Shown one piece after another: positions 1-13,433 of a DNA stretch of 64,000 nt. Source of the DNA: Eledone cirrhosa (lineage: Eukaryota); contig OZ024752.1 in the NCBI GenBank assembly GCA_964016885.1, forward strand, positions 11,594,001 through 11,658,000. Direction: 5' to 3'. Position 1 is the stretch's first letter. Every line of letters starts with the position of its first letter. The position numbers were made by a program, and so were the translations under genes. A model generated the notes under the pieces. The model had not been told where the DNA came from. It saw only the letters and a program-made list of their open reading frames with translations, and made no database searches.

Positions 1-100
1 ACACTACCATCTCACACTACCAGCTAACACTACCATCTAACACTACCAGCTAACACTACCATCTAACACTACCATCTAACACTACCAGCTAACACTACCA
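1..100. repeat. 13-bp tandem repeat (ACACTACCATCTA/ACACTACCAGCTA), truncated at window start
   Basis: About 8 units are directly visible. Confidence 0.9.
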
Positions 101-189
101 GGATTGTAAATTACTGCAGACATCAGACTAATAATTGTAATGCATTTATAGCCAATTTCAAGCCTGAGCAGTGCCGAATAATCTTTTAG

Positions 190-221
<32 letters not shown>

Positions 222-312
222 TATGTATGTATGTATATGCTATTTCAAGCGTTAACCTAATATATTCCTTCCATATACTGTACCGATTGTGTTGTTATTT
301 CTGTTTACCTTT

Positions 313-451
<139 letters not shown>

Positions 452-760
452 ATGTAAGTTGATATATACATATGTGTGTATATTCATGTATATACTAGAA
501 ATATATATATATATACTAGTATATGTATATATATATACTGGTATATGTATATACTAGAAGTATATGTATATACTAGAAGTAAAAGTAGGATAGAAAAAGA
601 AAGGGAGAATTCCCAAAACAGATAATGATGAGAAAGAGGTGGAAAGGAAGAACGAAGCATATACGAGTTAGCAGGTTCTATAAAAATACTTTTACTGTGA
701 AATTAATGAAGAAGAAAATGACAACCGCTATATATATTTTTTTCTTATCTATTTATATAG

Positions 761-860
761 GTTTTGCTTACAAGACCGGAAGGTAGTTCTGTCATTAATG
801 GCAGAGCTGTTGAGAAAATTCTGAAAATAAAAACAAAACAAGAAAAGAACTTTGTTTCAG
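761..860 (+). CDS. Candidate internal coding exon of an unidentified gene (VLLTRPEGSSVINGRAVEKILKIKTKQEKNFVS)
   Basis: Polypyrimidine tract plus TATAG acceptor at 760 and CAG|GTAATC donor at 861. Only one frame is open. No homology recognised. Confidence 0.45.
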
Positions 861-1004
861 GTAATCGCAATTTTACTTATTATATGTCACAGTTAGGAAA
901 GTTGGACATTTCTGTATCGATCAGGAGACAATGCCTTAGACTATTTAGTTATGTTCTCTCTCCAAATGGAGCTGAGATCGATCATGTCTTTTTTATTCCT
1001 TCAG

Positions 1005-1051
1005 GTTCGATCAAATATAAATATATATCATTGAATATAAAGAGGATTTAA
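1005..1051 (+). CDS. Candidate terminal coding exon ((G)SIKYKYISLNIKRI*)
   Basis: TCTTTTTTATTCCTTCAG|G acceptor, phase-compatible with the 761-860 exon. TAA at 1049-1051 and AATAAA near 1705. Confidence 0.3.
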
Positions 1052-1084
1052 TGACTAAATCTCACAGCACCCTCTCCTTAATAT

Positions 1085-1499
1085 GTTTCTCCTCCTTCTC
1101 TCTTTATCTTTTTATCTCTCATTCTTTCCTTTTCTTTCTTCGTCTCTCTGTTTCTTTCTCTCATTCTTTCCTTTTCTTTCTTCGTCACTGTTTCTTTCTC
1201 TCATTCTTTCCTTTTCTTTCTTCGTCTCTTTGTTTCTCTCATTCTTTCCCTTTCTTTCTTTCTCTCTCTTTCTATCCTTTTCTCTCTTATTTCTCTTTTT
1301 CTCTTTTTCTCTTTTTCTCTTTTTCTCTTTTTCTCTTTTTCTCTTTTTCTCTTTTTCTCTTTTTCTCTTTCTCTCTCTATCTCTCTATCTCTCTATCTCT
1401 CTTCTTCTTTCTCTCTCTATCCCTCTTTTTCTCGCTCTTTATCTCTCTCTCTCTCCCTCTTTTTCTCGCTCTTTATCTCTCTCTCCCTATCTTTCTACT

Positions 1500-1569
<70 letters not shown>

Positions 1570-1612
1570 TATCTATCTATCTATCTATTTATCTATCTCT
1601 CTCTCTCTCTCT
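1085..1612. repeat. CT-rich low-complexity/(CT)n tract
   Basis: Pyrimidine-only tract that explains the F/S/L ORFs. Confidence 0.95.
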
Positions 1613-1842
1613 CATATTGTACCTGTGCTGATGGTAACATCAGAAATCAATATATATCACACTGTGCGTTTTGCAGAAACCAATTTCATTTATTATGACA
1701 GCAAAATAAATCAAAATGAATTTGAAACTCCCGATATGGCTGACTAAGTAATTAAGGTAACTTCTAACTAAAATAGTTAACGAAGATTCCTATTCTATGT
1801 GTATATTTCATATACATCATAGAGGTATAGGTGGCGTTCATT

Positions 1843-4800
1843 ACTGAAGCAAGTACTCGCATCTAAATTTCGTATAACATCACAGAACTAAAGCAGGTAC
1901 TCACATCTAAATTTCATATACATCACATGACTAAAGCAGGTACTCACATCTAAATTTCATATACGTCACATGACTAAAGCAAGTACTCACATCTAAATTT
2001 CATATACATCACAGAACTAAAGCAAGTACTCACATCTAAATTTCATATACATCACATGACTAAAGCAGGTACTCACATCTAAATTTCATATACGTCACAT
2101 GACTAAAGCAAGTACTCACATCTAAATTTCATATACATCACAGAACTAAAGCAAGTACTCACATCTAAATTTCATATACATCACAGAACTAAAGCAAGTA
2201 CTCACATCTAAATTTCATATACGTCACATGACTAAAGCAAGTACTCACATCTAAATTTCATATACATCACAGAACTAAAGCAAGTACTCACATCTAAATT
2301 TCATATACATCACAGAACTAAAGCAAGTACTCACATCTAAATTTCATATACATCACAGAACTAAAGCAAGTACTCACATCTAAATTTCATATACATCACA
2401 TGACTAAAGCAAGTACTCACATCTAAATTTCATATACATCACATGACTAAAGCAAGTACTCACATCTAAATTTCATATACATCACATGACTAAAGCAAGT
2501 ACTCACATCTAAATTTCATATACATCACAGAACTAAAGCAAGTACTCACATCTAAATTTCATATACATCACAGAACTAAAGCAAGTACTCACATCTAAAT
2601 TTCATATACATCACATGACTAAAGCAAGTACTCACATCTAAATTTCATATACGTCATAAGACTAAAGCAAGTACTCACATCTAAATTTCATATACGTCAT
2701 AAGACTAAAGCAAGTACTCACATCTAAATTTCATATATATCACATGACTAAAGTAAGTACTCACATCTAATGTTCATATACATCACATGACTAAAGCAAG
2801 TACTCACATCTAAATTTCATATACGTCATAAGACTAAAGCAAGTACTCACATCTAAATTTCATATACATCACATGACTAAAGCAAGTACTCACATCTAAA
2901 TTTCATATATATCACATGACTAAAGTAAGTACTCACATCTAATGTTCATATACATCACATGACTAAAGCAAGTACTCACATCTAAATTTCATATATATCA
3001 CATGACTAAAGTAAGTACTCACATCTAATGTTCATATACATCACATGACTAAAGCAAGTACTCACATCTAAATTTCATATATATCACAGAACTAAAGTAA
3101 GTACTCACATCTAATGTTCATATACATCACATGACTAAAGCAAGTACTCACATCTAAATTTCATAAACATCACAGAACTAAAGCAAGTACTCACATCTAA
3201 ATTTCATATACATCCCAGAACTAAAGCAAGTACTCACATCTAAATTTCATAAACATCACAGAACTAAAGCAGGTACTCACATCTAAATTTCATATACATC
3301 ACATGACTAAAGCAAGTACTCACATCTAAATTTCATATACATCACAGAACTAAAGCAGGTACTCACATCTAAATTTCATATACATCACAGAACTAAAGCA
3401 AGTACTCACATCTAAATTTCATATACATCACAGAACTCAAGCAGGTACTCACATCTAAATTTCATATACATCACATGACTAAAGCAAGTACTCACATCTA
3501 AATTTCATATACATCACATGACTAAAGCAAGTACTCACATCTAAATTTCATAAACATCACAGAACTAAAGCAAGTACTCACATCTAAATTTCATATACAT
3601 CACAGAACTAAAGCAAGTACTCACATCTAAATTTCATATACATCACATGACTAAAGCAAGTACTCACATCTAAATTTCATATACATCACATGACTAAAGC
3701 AAGTACTCACATCTAAATTTCATAAACATCACAGAACTAAAGCAAGTACTCACATCTAAATTTCATATACATCACAGAACTAAAGCAAGTACTCACATCT
3801 AAATTTCATATACATCACATGACTAAAGCAAGTACTCACATCTAAATTTCATATACATCACAGAACTAAAGCAAGTACTCACATCTAAATTTCATATACA
3901 TCACAGAACTAAAGCAAGTACTCACATCTAAATTTCATATACATCACAGGACTAAAGCAAGTACTCACATCTAAATTTCATATACATCACAGAACTAAAG
4001 CAAGTACTCACATCTAAATTTCATATACATCACATGACTAAAGCAAGTACTCACATCTAAATTTCATATACATCACAGAACTAAAGCAAGTACTCACATC
4101 TAAATTTCATATACATCACATGACTAAAGCAAGTACTCACATCTAAATTTCATATACATCACATGACTAAAGCAAGTACTCACACCTAAATTTCATATAC
4201 ATCACATGACTAAAGCAAGTACTCACATCTAAATTTCATATACATCACATGACTAAAGCAAGTACTCACATCTAAATTTCATATACATCATAAGACTAAA
4301 GCAAGTACTCACATCTAAATTTCATATACATCACAGAACTAAAGCAAGTACTCACATCTAAATTTCATATACATCACAGAACTAAAGCAAGTACTCACAT
4401 CTAAATTTCATATACATCACATGACTAAAGCAAGTACTCACATCTAAATTTCATATACATCACAGAACTAAAGCAGGTACTCACATCTAAATTTCATATA
4501 CATCACAGAACTAAAGCAAGTACTCACATCTAAATTTCATATACATCACAGAACTAAAGCAGGTACTCACATCTAAATTTCATATACATCACATGACTAA
4601 AGCAAGTACTCACATCTAAATTTCATATACATCACATGACTAAAGCAAGTACTCACATCTAAATTTCATAAACATCACAGAACTAAAGCAAGTACTCACA
4701 TCTAAATTTCATATACATCACAGAACTAAAGCAAGTACTCACATCTAAATTTCATATACATCACATGACTAAAGCAAGTACTCACATCTAAATTTCATAT

Positions 4801-5610
4801 ACATCACAGAACTAAAGCAAGTACTCACATCTAAATTTCATATACATCAGAGAACTAAAGCAAGTACTCACATCTAAATTTCATATACATCACAGGACTA
4901 AAGCAAGTACTCACATCTAAATTTCATATACATCACAGAACTAAAGCAAGTACTCACATCTAAATTTCATATACATCACATGACTAAAGCAAGTACTCAC
5001 ATCTAAATTTCATATACATCACAGAACTAAAGCAAGTACTCACATCTAAATTTCATATACATCACAGAACTAAAGCAAGTACTCACATCTAAATTTCATA
5101 TACATCACATGACTAAAGCAAGTACTCACATCTAAATTTCATATACATCACATGACTAAAGCAAGTACTCACACCTAAATTTCATATACATCACATGACT
5201 AAAGCAAGTACTCACATCTAAATTTCATATACATCACATGACTAAAGCAAGTACTCACATCTAAATTTCATATACATCATAAGACTAAAGCAAGTACTCA
5301 CACCTAAATTTCATATACATCACATGACTAAAGCAAGTACTCACACCTAAATTTCATATACATCATAAGACTAAAGCAAGTACTCACATCTAAATTTCAT
5401 ATACATCACATGACTAAAGCAAGTACTCACACCTAAATTTCATATACATCACATGACTAAAGCAAGTACTCACATCTAAATTTCATATACGTCACATGAC
5501 TAAAGCAAGTACTCACACCTAAATTTCATAAACATCACATGACTAAAGCAAGTACTCACACCTAAATTTCATATACGTCATAGGACTGAAGCGAGTACTC
5601 GCATCAAAAT
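1843..5610. repeat. 43-bp minisatellite, about 87 copies (ACTAAAGCAAGTACTCACATCTAAATTTCATATACATCACAGA, with a ...CACATG variant)
   Basis: A period of 43 was measured directly (AAGTACT at 1981 and 2024). Confidence 0.97.
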
Positions 5611-5863
5611 TTACCGCACTACTCTATTCGGTCCGCCGAGCGGCCAGTCTGCCAGGGCCGCAGTGTGACCAGAACGCGGCCCTCCATTTGCTCTTAATAG
5701 TGAGTGATGAAGATGTCAACATGCAGTGTTTTTTACTCGACATTTACTCTTATCAACCGTTGTTACAATGAAGAAGATTCCAAGAGTGTTAATATAAGTA
5801 ACGTGAATACAACTTCACAATTTAGAAACTCTGTAAAAATGTTGTATTATATATATATATATA

Positions 5864-6714
5864 CGAGGTGTGTCAGAAAAGTTCCAGGACTGATGTCACA
5901 AGATTTATTTCAAACCCAAACTTGACACTAAGAGTTTTCTCCTTCAAAGTAATCCCCCGGAGTCTAATGCACTTTTCCATCCTTTTCTGCCACGCTTGCA
6001 TGCACTCCTGGAAGGATTCTTCCGGGATCCTCCGCAGTTCCGTCGTCACGGCCTTTTTGATCTCGTCCACGTCTTCAAAACGGGTCCCCTCCTGGTCGTA
6101 CTCGAAGATCCATGACTCATCACCGGTGCAAGTCTCGTTCGGTTTCAAGACGCTCGAGGATGTCCTGGCACACTTGCATGCGTCGCCCCTTCTGGTCATT
6201 TTTCAGCAGTTTTGGCACCATCTCCGCGCAGACTTTCCGCATGTCCAAATCTTCAGTGAGAATCTTCCAGACGCTGACCCGATTCATGCCCAGCTCATTT
6301 GCCACCAGTCGAACAGTCAGCCGACGATCGCTACCCACCATATGCCTGACGCGCTCAACGTTAACCTCAGTCTTGGTTGTTGAGGGCCTTCCGCTCCTGG
6401 GGTCATCTTGCACCACTGAAAAACACGTGAGCGTGACTTCGTCTCATCTCCATACACTAGCTGCAGCAATCCCAGTGTTTCTGACCGAGTTTTCCCCAAA
6501 CGTACCAGAAACTTCAAGTTTGTTCGTTGCTCTGTGCTGATTGCTTGACGACCTGAAACAGAGGACATGTATATAAAATTATGAAGAAAAAGGTTTGATC
6601 GCTGCAGAGAGCTAAGATTACAGTTACATACTTCAGGAGGATTACTTAGTGTGAAGTTTGGGTTTGAAATAAATCTTTTGTGACATCAGTCCTGGAACTT
6701 TTCTGACACACCTC

Positions 6715-6715
<1 letters not shown>
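5864..6715 (-). mobile_element. Internally deleted mariner transposon (irritans/Hsmar2-like TIR start), transposase pseudogene
   Basis: About 60-bp TIRs CGAGGTGTGTCAGAAAAGTTCCAGGACTGATGTCACAA with TA flanks. Frameshifted transposase: EQRTNLKF...HTH, RSGRPST, VPKLL, then TGDESWIFEYD jumps to GTRFEDVDEIK. Confidence 0.95.
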
Positions 6716-6782
<67 letters not shown>

Positions 6783-6789
<7 letters not shown>

Positions 6790-7422
6790 TAATGAAATGA
6801 CAGGAGGCTGGATTTGTGTAAATCCTTGAAAGGTTTATTATACTATGATCATTTCAATGACCGGGTTCCGTATGAATCCGGTGATATCATCAGGTATTCG
6901 AAATATAATACGTGAATGTAATAGGTAAAATCCATGGGGCTGAAAATCGAGACCCGAGGGCGACCGCTATTCTGTTCCTTCAACCTCAGCCGGTCGCCCT
7001 GGAGTGACGTGGCTAAATTTTACAGTATGCTACTACCGGTCAGATGAACGAAAACAGAAAGGGGTGGGAGCATAAGTTAACGTCGATCCCATGACACAAG
7101 GTAAAAGAAAGAAAGAAAGGAAGGAGAGAGAAGAAGGGGGAAGAAAGAAGAAGAGAAGCCAGGGTTAATGTCACCGGATGATATCACCGGATTCATACGG
7201 AACCCGGTCATTGAAATGATCATAGTATAATAAACCTTTCAAGGATTTACACAAATCCAGCCTCCTGTCATTTCATTATAATATTTAAATCCGTAATAGC
7301 ACCACCAACTACAAAAACAAAGACGGTTGAACTGCTTTACGTTGAGTACTCTCTATATTATTGCATTACGATTGACCATACAGAATAGACCAGCTCTATA
7401 CAGTGGTGAACCTCAAACCTGA

Positions 7423-7425
<3 letters not shown>
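6783..7425. mobile_element. Penelope-like element remnant with inverted termini (arms about 6786-6891 and 7178-7282)
   Basis: About 105-bp inverted repeat between (TA)n tracts, carrying a hammerhead motif. Confidence 0.7.
6840..6897 (-). ncRNA. Minimal type I hammerhead ribozyme motif
   Basis: AUAC-CUGAUGA-helix II (ACCGG/CCGGU core)-GAAA-UGAUCA-UA-GUAU, with palindromic helix III AUGAUCAU. Confidence 0.7.
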
Positions 7426-7458
<33 letters not shown>

Positions 7459-8119
7459 CGTTTTTTAATTTGTTTTGCGACATTCATTTCTCATCTGTAA
7501 ACGTGTGTTGAGACAGATATTGTTATACTTTGGGAGGGTCATGCTGTCGATTTTCACTTCAATTTATTATAAGTTTCTGGCTGGTTGGTTGGTTGTTTGG
7601 TTGGTTGGTTGGTTGGTTCGATAACCGGAAGGTTCTTTATATATTACACAAAATAAAAAGCTAGTCACTGAGGAGATCACAGAATGTGTGATGAAAGAGC
7701 TTTGACAATATATAAACAACCATCTGGTTATCGAACCAATCAACTTGGATACTGGTGGCTTCGTTCGGATCTAGCTGTCGAAACGGCCGGAGCTCAGCCG
7801 TCGGTGTCCTGAATCTGTTCATATATATATAAGAAGCAAAGAAAATTTCAATGATACCAAAGATTTCCTGGTGGAAGTTCAGGTATACTCCGGGTTGGTA
7901 TCCAGTTTCGGGGTGAAAATCCAATTAGAAAATCCAACGAGTCAACATGAATGGATCTATTATTTTTATCTAAAGACATTTTTTCCAACTCCAACCCACC
8001 CGTCCCCTCAATCTATCTTATTTCAAAACGTTAAGACCCTCTTCCTCCTATATCAAGCGTTAACCTAATATATCCCTTCAATATACTGTTCCGATTGTGT
8101 TGTTATTTCTGTTTACCTT

Positions 8120-8170
<51 letters not shown>

Positions 8171-8303
8171 GAGGTTATATTTAATTTGTTGGGATTCAAC
8201 AAGCTTAAAAGTTTTTTTATAACTGATATAAAGGACTCAACAGTTTAGTGGAGTAAATATACAATATATTAACAAATGGAAACTATATTTATAAAACCAT
8301 AAT

Positions 8304-8369
8304 TATTTTATTATACATATTTCAAGGGCCAACAAGGCAAATTATGGTGCGCTTTCATCAGATAAAATA
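8304..8369 (-). ncRNA. Hammerhead ribozyme motif (same family as 40213-40278)
   Basis: UAUUUUAU-CUGAUGA-imperfect helix II-GAAA-UAUGUA-UA-AUAAAAUA, with an 8-bp helix I. Confidence 0.55.
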
Positions 8370-8651
8370 CAATACAGATTAGTTTTATAAATAAATATTG
8401 ACATACCCTGACAAAAGACAACCTTAACGGTTGGAGCTTCCTGGATAGTGGAGATATTACATTTATTGAGGGTTATAGAGAATTATGATTGAGTATCCAA
8501 ATGAGTGTCCGAAAGGTTTAAAAGATAACGGTTTATTTAAATTAAATTGTTGGAAGAAGGTGATATTGTGAGGGAGAGAGAAAAAAGAAAGAAAGATATA
8601 TTATATTATATTATATTATATTATATTATATTATATTATATATTATATACA

Positions 8652-8825
8652 GGCGGTGGATTGGCAGTATCGGTAGAGGGTCGGACGTCGTGCTTTGACG
8701 CATAAAGTTACGGCCCTTTCCATTCTGAGTTCAAATCCCGCCGAGGTCAACTTTGACTTTCATCCTTACGGGGTCGATAAAATAAAGTACCAGTAATGCC
8801 TTGTGCCAAAAAGTAGAAACAATTA
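8652..8825 (+). mobile_element. tRNA-derived SINE, family A (Meta-domain-like core)
   Basis: A-box TGGCAGTATCGG, B-box GAGTTCAAATCC, core CTTTCATCCTTACGGGGTCGATAAAATAAAGTACCAG and ATT tail. Many copies occur in the window. Confidence 0.9.
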
Positions 8826-9708
8826 TATTATATTATATTATATAAGACCTATGGTTTTACATGAAAATGAACATTGAATTAATGGCGGTGTTGCCTTTCC
8901 TGTGTACATTAATGGTAGTCGTGTCTGGAATAGAATCAACTCACAGTAAGACTTGCGTCTCCCATGTATCATCCATAGCAATGCTCTTAAAATAGGAATT
9001 GAAATCCATTCCACAAACTTTTCTCGTCAAGAATTTATCTTTCTACTAATACTCCCATTATGCTTTGATTGAATCATGTAATTATTCTCTCTACACCGAC
9101 TCAATATTTACTCTTTGAATGTGACACGTACAAGAAACTAAATGAAATTTACTTAAATAGTTGAGATTGTATTTTTTAAGTCTTTTTTATTCATCTCTAT
9201 ATGTATTGCTAAACAGCGAAAAGAGTTTAATTGCCGTGTGGTTTATTGCCTTAGCTAAATGAACGAGCTAGGAATTCATTGCTTGCTTTTCCTGTGGCGT
9301 AATTTCGGTTGTGTTTATGGTTTTACTTGCAAAGATTTCAAAGACAATTAGCACTTTTTTGTTTCTTTACTACGACTTAAATATACTTGTAGGTGTTTCA
9401 TTTCAAAGTGGATATTACTGTGGCAGTTGAGTCATTCCTAAAACGATTATTATTGTTCGTGAATTTAACCGTCACTGTTTTATTGAACCATTATAGAGAT
9501 TTTGCTTTTGTAAAGCCTGATAATGTTTCTTTCTTTATATCATCTACACATGAGCTGTATAAGTGTACAGAACCAACGGTGGAATAATTTCTACAGAGGT
9601 TCCCACATTCAACACACACACGCATGCACACACACACACACATACATACATACATACATACATACATACATACATACATACATACATACATACATACATA
9701 CATACATA

Positions 9709-10533
9709 GAGGCGTAAAACACAGACCATAGAGGGGATAAAACACTCAAAAAGCCTGGCATGGAGTTCCGACAAGTTTATGACATCACACCTTGAGGGAT
9801 ATCTCTATGCAATACAGGAACAAGAACTCCCTACCAAATATCTGCTGCACAAAAGCAGAGGGCCAGCAGCTGACAATAAATGTAGGCTATGTAAAACAAA
9901 GGTCGAGGATGTAAGCCACATTGTTGCCAGCTGCGAAAGAATGTCATCTCGCTACTACCTCCCCATGAGACACGATGGGATAGCTAGAACCATCTGGAAC
10001 GCACTTCGGAAAACAAAATTAACAACAAACGAGGAAGAATATATTGAGACAGATGGCACTAAGGAATACTGGTGGAACCTGAAAATAAAAACTGCCACCA
10101 AATTAAAGCACAACCGGCCTGATATTGTAGTTTGGGACCACACATTGAAAACGTGTTCTGTTGTGGAGATCAGCTGCCCACTTGATGTAAACGTTGTCAG
10201 AAAAATACAGGAGAAGGAGGACATCTACGGACCATTGATGAGGAGTTTACAAATCCAGTATCCAAGATACACCTTTAGCTTCATACCCATCATTATTGGT
10301 GCTACGGGTTATATACCAACCCGCTTGGACCAAAGTATGACTGAACTTGGATTTGCGGACAAAAAGCGCAGCTCCTTAATTCATAATCTGCAAATGGCTG
10401 CGATAGCTGGCACCTTCAAAATTTGCAAAACATTCTTGCGATTCAAGGGATGACAATTTCTTTTCTTTTACAACCTTGCCACCAGGAAGGTGGCCGGTCA
10501 AAAAAATATACTCGAAATTAAGAGAAAGAGAAA
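9709..10533 (+). mobile_element. 5'-truncated RLE non-LTR retrotransposon (R4/Dong-like), copy 1; ORF 9779-10453
   Basis: CCHC knuckle CRLC..EDVSHIVASC, RHD, RPDIVVWD..VEISCP and KEDIY restriction-like endonuclease motifs. Flanked on both sides by (CATA)n. Confidence 0.9.
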
Positions 10534-10602
10534 ACATACATACATACATACATACATACATACATACATACATACATACATACATACATACATACATACA
10601 TA

Positions 10603-11890
10603 AAGAAAATATGGTCATCAGAACTGTCTACGTACAACAAATACATTGCCCACAATACTTATGCTGTGCCAATTCTAACGCCAACATTTGGCCTGCTGAA
10701 CTGGTCATTGCAAGAACTAAGTGAGATGGATGTTAGAACTCGCAAACTTCTCAGTGTTACTGGGAACTTTAACATCAATGGTGATGTGGATAGGCTATAC
10801 TTCTCACGTAATGAAGATGGCCGGGGTCTAAAATTCATATTAACATCATATGAGACCTGGATAGTAACACTGAAGCAACATCTTCAACAGAGGAAAAAGT
10901 TTGGCAACCATCTTGCCCAGGTTTATGAGCATGAAAAAAAAATATCATTAGAATAGCCACTGATCTGGAGGAGAGATATGGAATAAAGCCTGATATAAGT
11001 CTCTCACCCAGAGAAATCGGAAGATCCTATTCAATGTTCAAACAAGATGAAAAAATTGACCAATTTACAGAAAAAGTTGTGCATGGATACTTGAGATGTA
11101 AAACACAGACCATAGAGGGGATAAACCACTCAAAAAGCCTGGCATGGAGTTCCGACAAGTTTATGACATCACAACTTGAGGGATATCTCTATGCAATACA
11201 GGAACAAGAACTCCCTACCAAATATCTGCTGCAAAAAGGGGGAGGGCCATCAGCTGACAATAAATGTAGGTTATGTAAAACAAAGATCGAGGATGTAAGC
11301 CACATTGTTGCCAGCTGCGAAAGAATGCCATCTCGCTACTACCTCCCCATCTGGAACACACTTCAGAAAACAAAATTAACAACAAACGAGGAAGAATATA
11401 TTGAGACAGATGGCACTAAGGAATACTGGTGGAACCTGAAAATAAAAACTGCCACCAAATTAAAGCACAACCGGCCTGATATTGTTGTTTGGGACCACAC
11501 ATTGAAAACGTGTTCTGTTGTGGAGATCAGCTGCCCACTTGATGTAGACGTTGTCAGAAAAATACAGGAGAAGGAGGACATCTACGGACCATCGATGAGA
11601 AGTTTACAAATCCAGTATCCAAGATACACCTTTAGCTTCATACCCATCATTATTGAAGCTACGGGTTATATACCAACCCGCTTGGACCAAAGTATCGCTG
11701 AACTTGGATTTGCGGACAAAGAGCGCAGCTCCCTAATTCATAGTCTACAAATGGCTGCTATAGCTGGCACCTTCAACATTTTCAAAATATTCTTGCGATT
11801 CAAGGGATGACAATTTCTTTTCTTTTACAACCTTGCCACCAGGAAGGTGGTCGGTCAAAAAAATATACTCGAAATTAAGAGAATGAGATA
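10603..11890 (+). mobile_element. 5'-truncated RLE non-LTR retrotransposon (R4/Dong-like), copy 2
   Basis: RT-thumb region (RLYFSRNEDGRGLK) plus the same CCHC/PD-E endonuclease, frameshifted. Same 3' UTR as copy 1, ending in ACATACATACAT. Confidence 0.9.
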
Positions 11891-11902
11891 ACATACATAC
11901 AT

Positions 11903-12014
11903 AATTTCTTTGTGGACGATCTGAAACTCTATGCCAAGAACATGGATGGGATGAAGAAAAATCTTGACCTGGTTACAACGTTCTCAAAGGATATAGGAAT
12001 GGAGTTTGGCCAAG

Positions 12015-12016
<2 letters not shown>
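11903..12016 (+). mobile_element. RT catalytic fragment of an R4/Dong-like element (FVDDLKLYAKNMDGMKKNLDLVTTFSKDIGMEFGQD)
   Basis: Manual translation gives the xDD motif and the FSxDIGMEFG motif. Starts right after (ACAT)3. Confidence 0.8.
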
Positions 12017-12049
<33 letters not shown>

Positions 12050-12166
12050 TCCTAAAGAATGTCTGAAGCCGACACGTCGAACTTTCTTTCCTCTTTTCTC
12101 TTTTCCATGTAAAGTGTGAAACTAATAAGACTTTTTCTACCTTCGTTTTGTCGTTTCCTTGAAGTA

Positions 12167-12235
<69 letters not shown>

Positions 12236-12426
12236 GATAAATTATTGCAGAGAATTTCATTCACAAGTATTTGATGATATGATTATAAAGGGATACCGTG
12301 GAATTGTAGATGATTTCTTTCGAATGAAATAGTTCTAGTCCTCTAGAAGTAATTTCTATATTGAACTTGATGTTTACTCTCTACTAATTTATTGAGTACC
12401 TTACTTACTGTGCTCATCCTCGATTG

Positions 12427-12520
<94 letters not shown>

Positions 12521-12949
12521 TGTATATATATATATAGTTAGGGAAGCAGAAAATTGCTTATTGTAATCCAGTTCGTGGTTAAGACAGCCAGTTTCATGGA
12601 CGGTTTCAACGTACGGTTAGGGGTAACTTCATAAGTTTGTAAGAATCACGTTCAATCTTGGAGTGTAAAGTATAAAAGAGAAAATACAGCATTAAAAAAA
12701 GGATTTTATCCAGGTATTTACGACCGTTTCATTGGTAAGTGCAACCTTATATTGCTATACTGCAAACAGCAGCCACTCAATGATAATTGTTGTACACGTC
12801 CAAATTTTCAAAATAGTAAATAAGTTACTCTTAACAAGTTCTTAACAAGTTCTCTACTAGTGTGGAGAGAGAGGAAGAGGAATTAAAAAGTGGAGGGACA
12901 AAGGGAGTATTATAGAGAGAGGGTAGGGGGAGAAGAATTCTTCTCCCGC

Positions 12950-13154
12950 TACTGATCAGCTCAACGTTCGATCTGTATCGATCTAGCCAGACTCAGGGAT
13001 CAAAACATCGTTGGACTACCACAGAGGTCATCACTTCCACAGAACTTTTGATTCCTGAGTCGGGCCAGATCGATACAGACCCAACCTTGAGCTGATCAGT
13101 AGTGAAACGCGCGTCACCAACCAATAAACGTAATCGAGTAACTATTCGTCCTTG

Positions 13155-13157
<3 letters not shown>
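12950..13157. mobile_element. Penelope-like fold-back remnant (same family as 37341-37618)
   Basis: Imperfect inverted repeat GATCAGCTCAA..GATCTGTATCGATC / GATCGATACAGA..TTGAGCTGATC. Confidence 0.6.
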
Positions 13158-13212
<55 letters not shown>

Positions 13213-13213
13213 G

Positions 13214-13397
13214 GGCGGTGGATTGGCAGTATCGGTAGAGGGTCGGACGCCATGCTTTCCAGCATAGTTACGTCCCTTTACGATCTGAGTTCAAATCCCG
13301 CCGAGGTTGACTTTGCCTTTCATCCTTACGGGGTCGATAGAATAAAGTACCAGTAATGCACTGGGTAATTGCTGGCCTTGTGCCTAAAGTAGAAACA

Positions 13398-13400
<3 letters not shown>
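13214..13400 (+). mobile_element. SINE family A in an (ATT)n tract
   Basis: Full-length match to the 8652 copy. Confidence 0.9.

Positions 13401-13433
<33 letters not shown>

Noticed and set aside
1051-1698. 215-aa hydrophobic ORF
   Set aside because: CT-rich low-complexity DNA, not a membrane protein.
8652-8745. tRNA genes at SINE heads
   Set aside because: A and B boxes are present, but the sequence continues into a shared SINE core and tail in many copies, and there is no intact cloverleaf.
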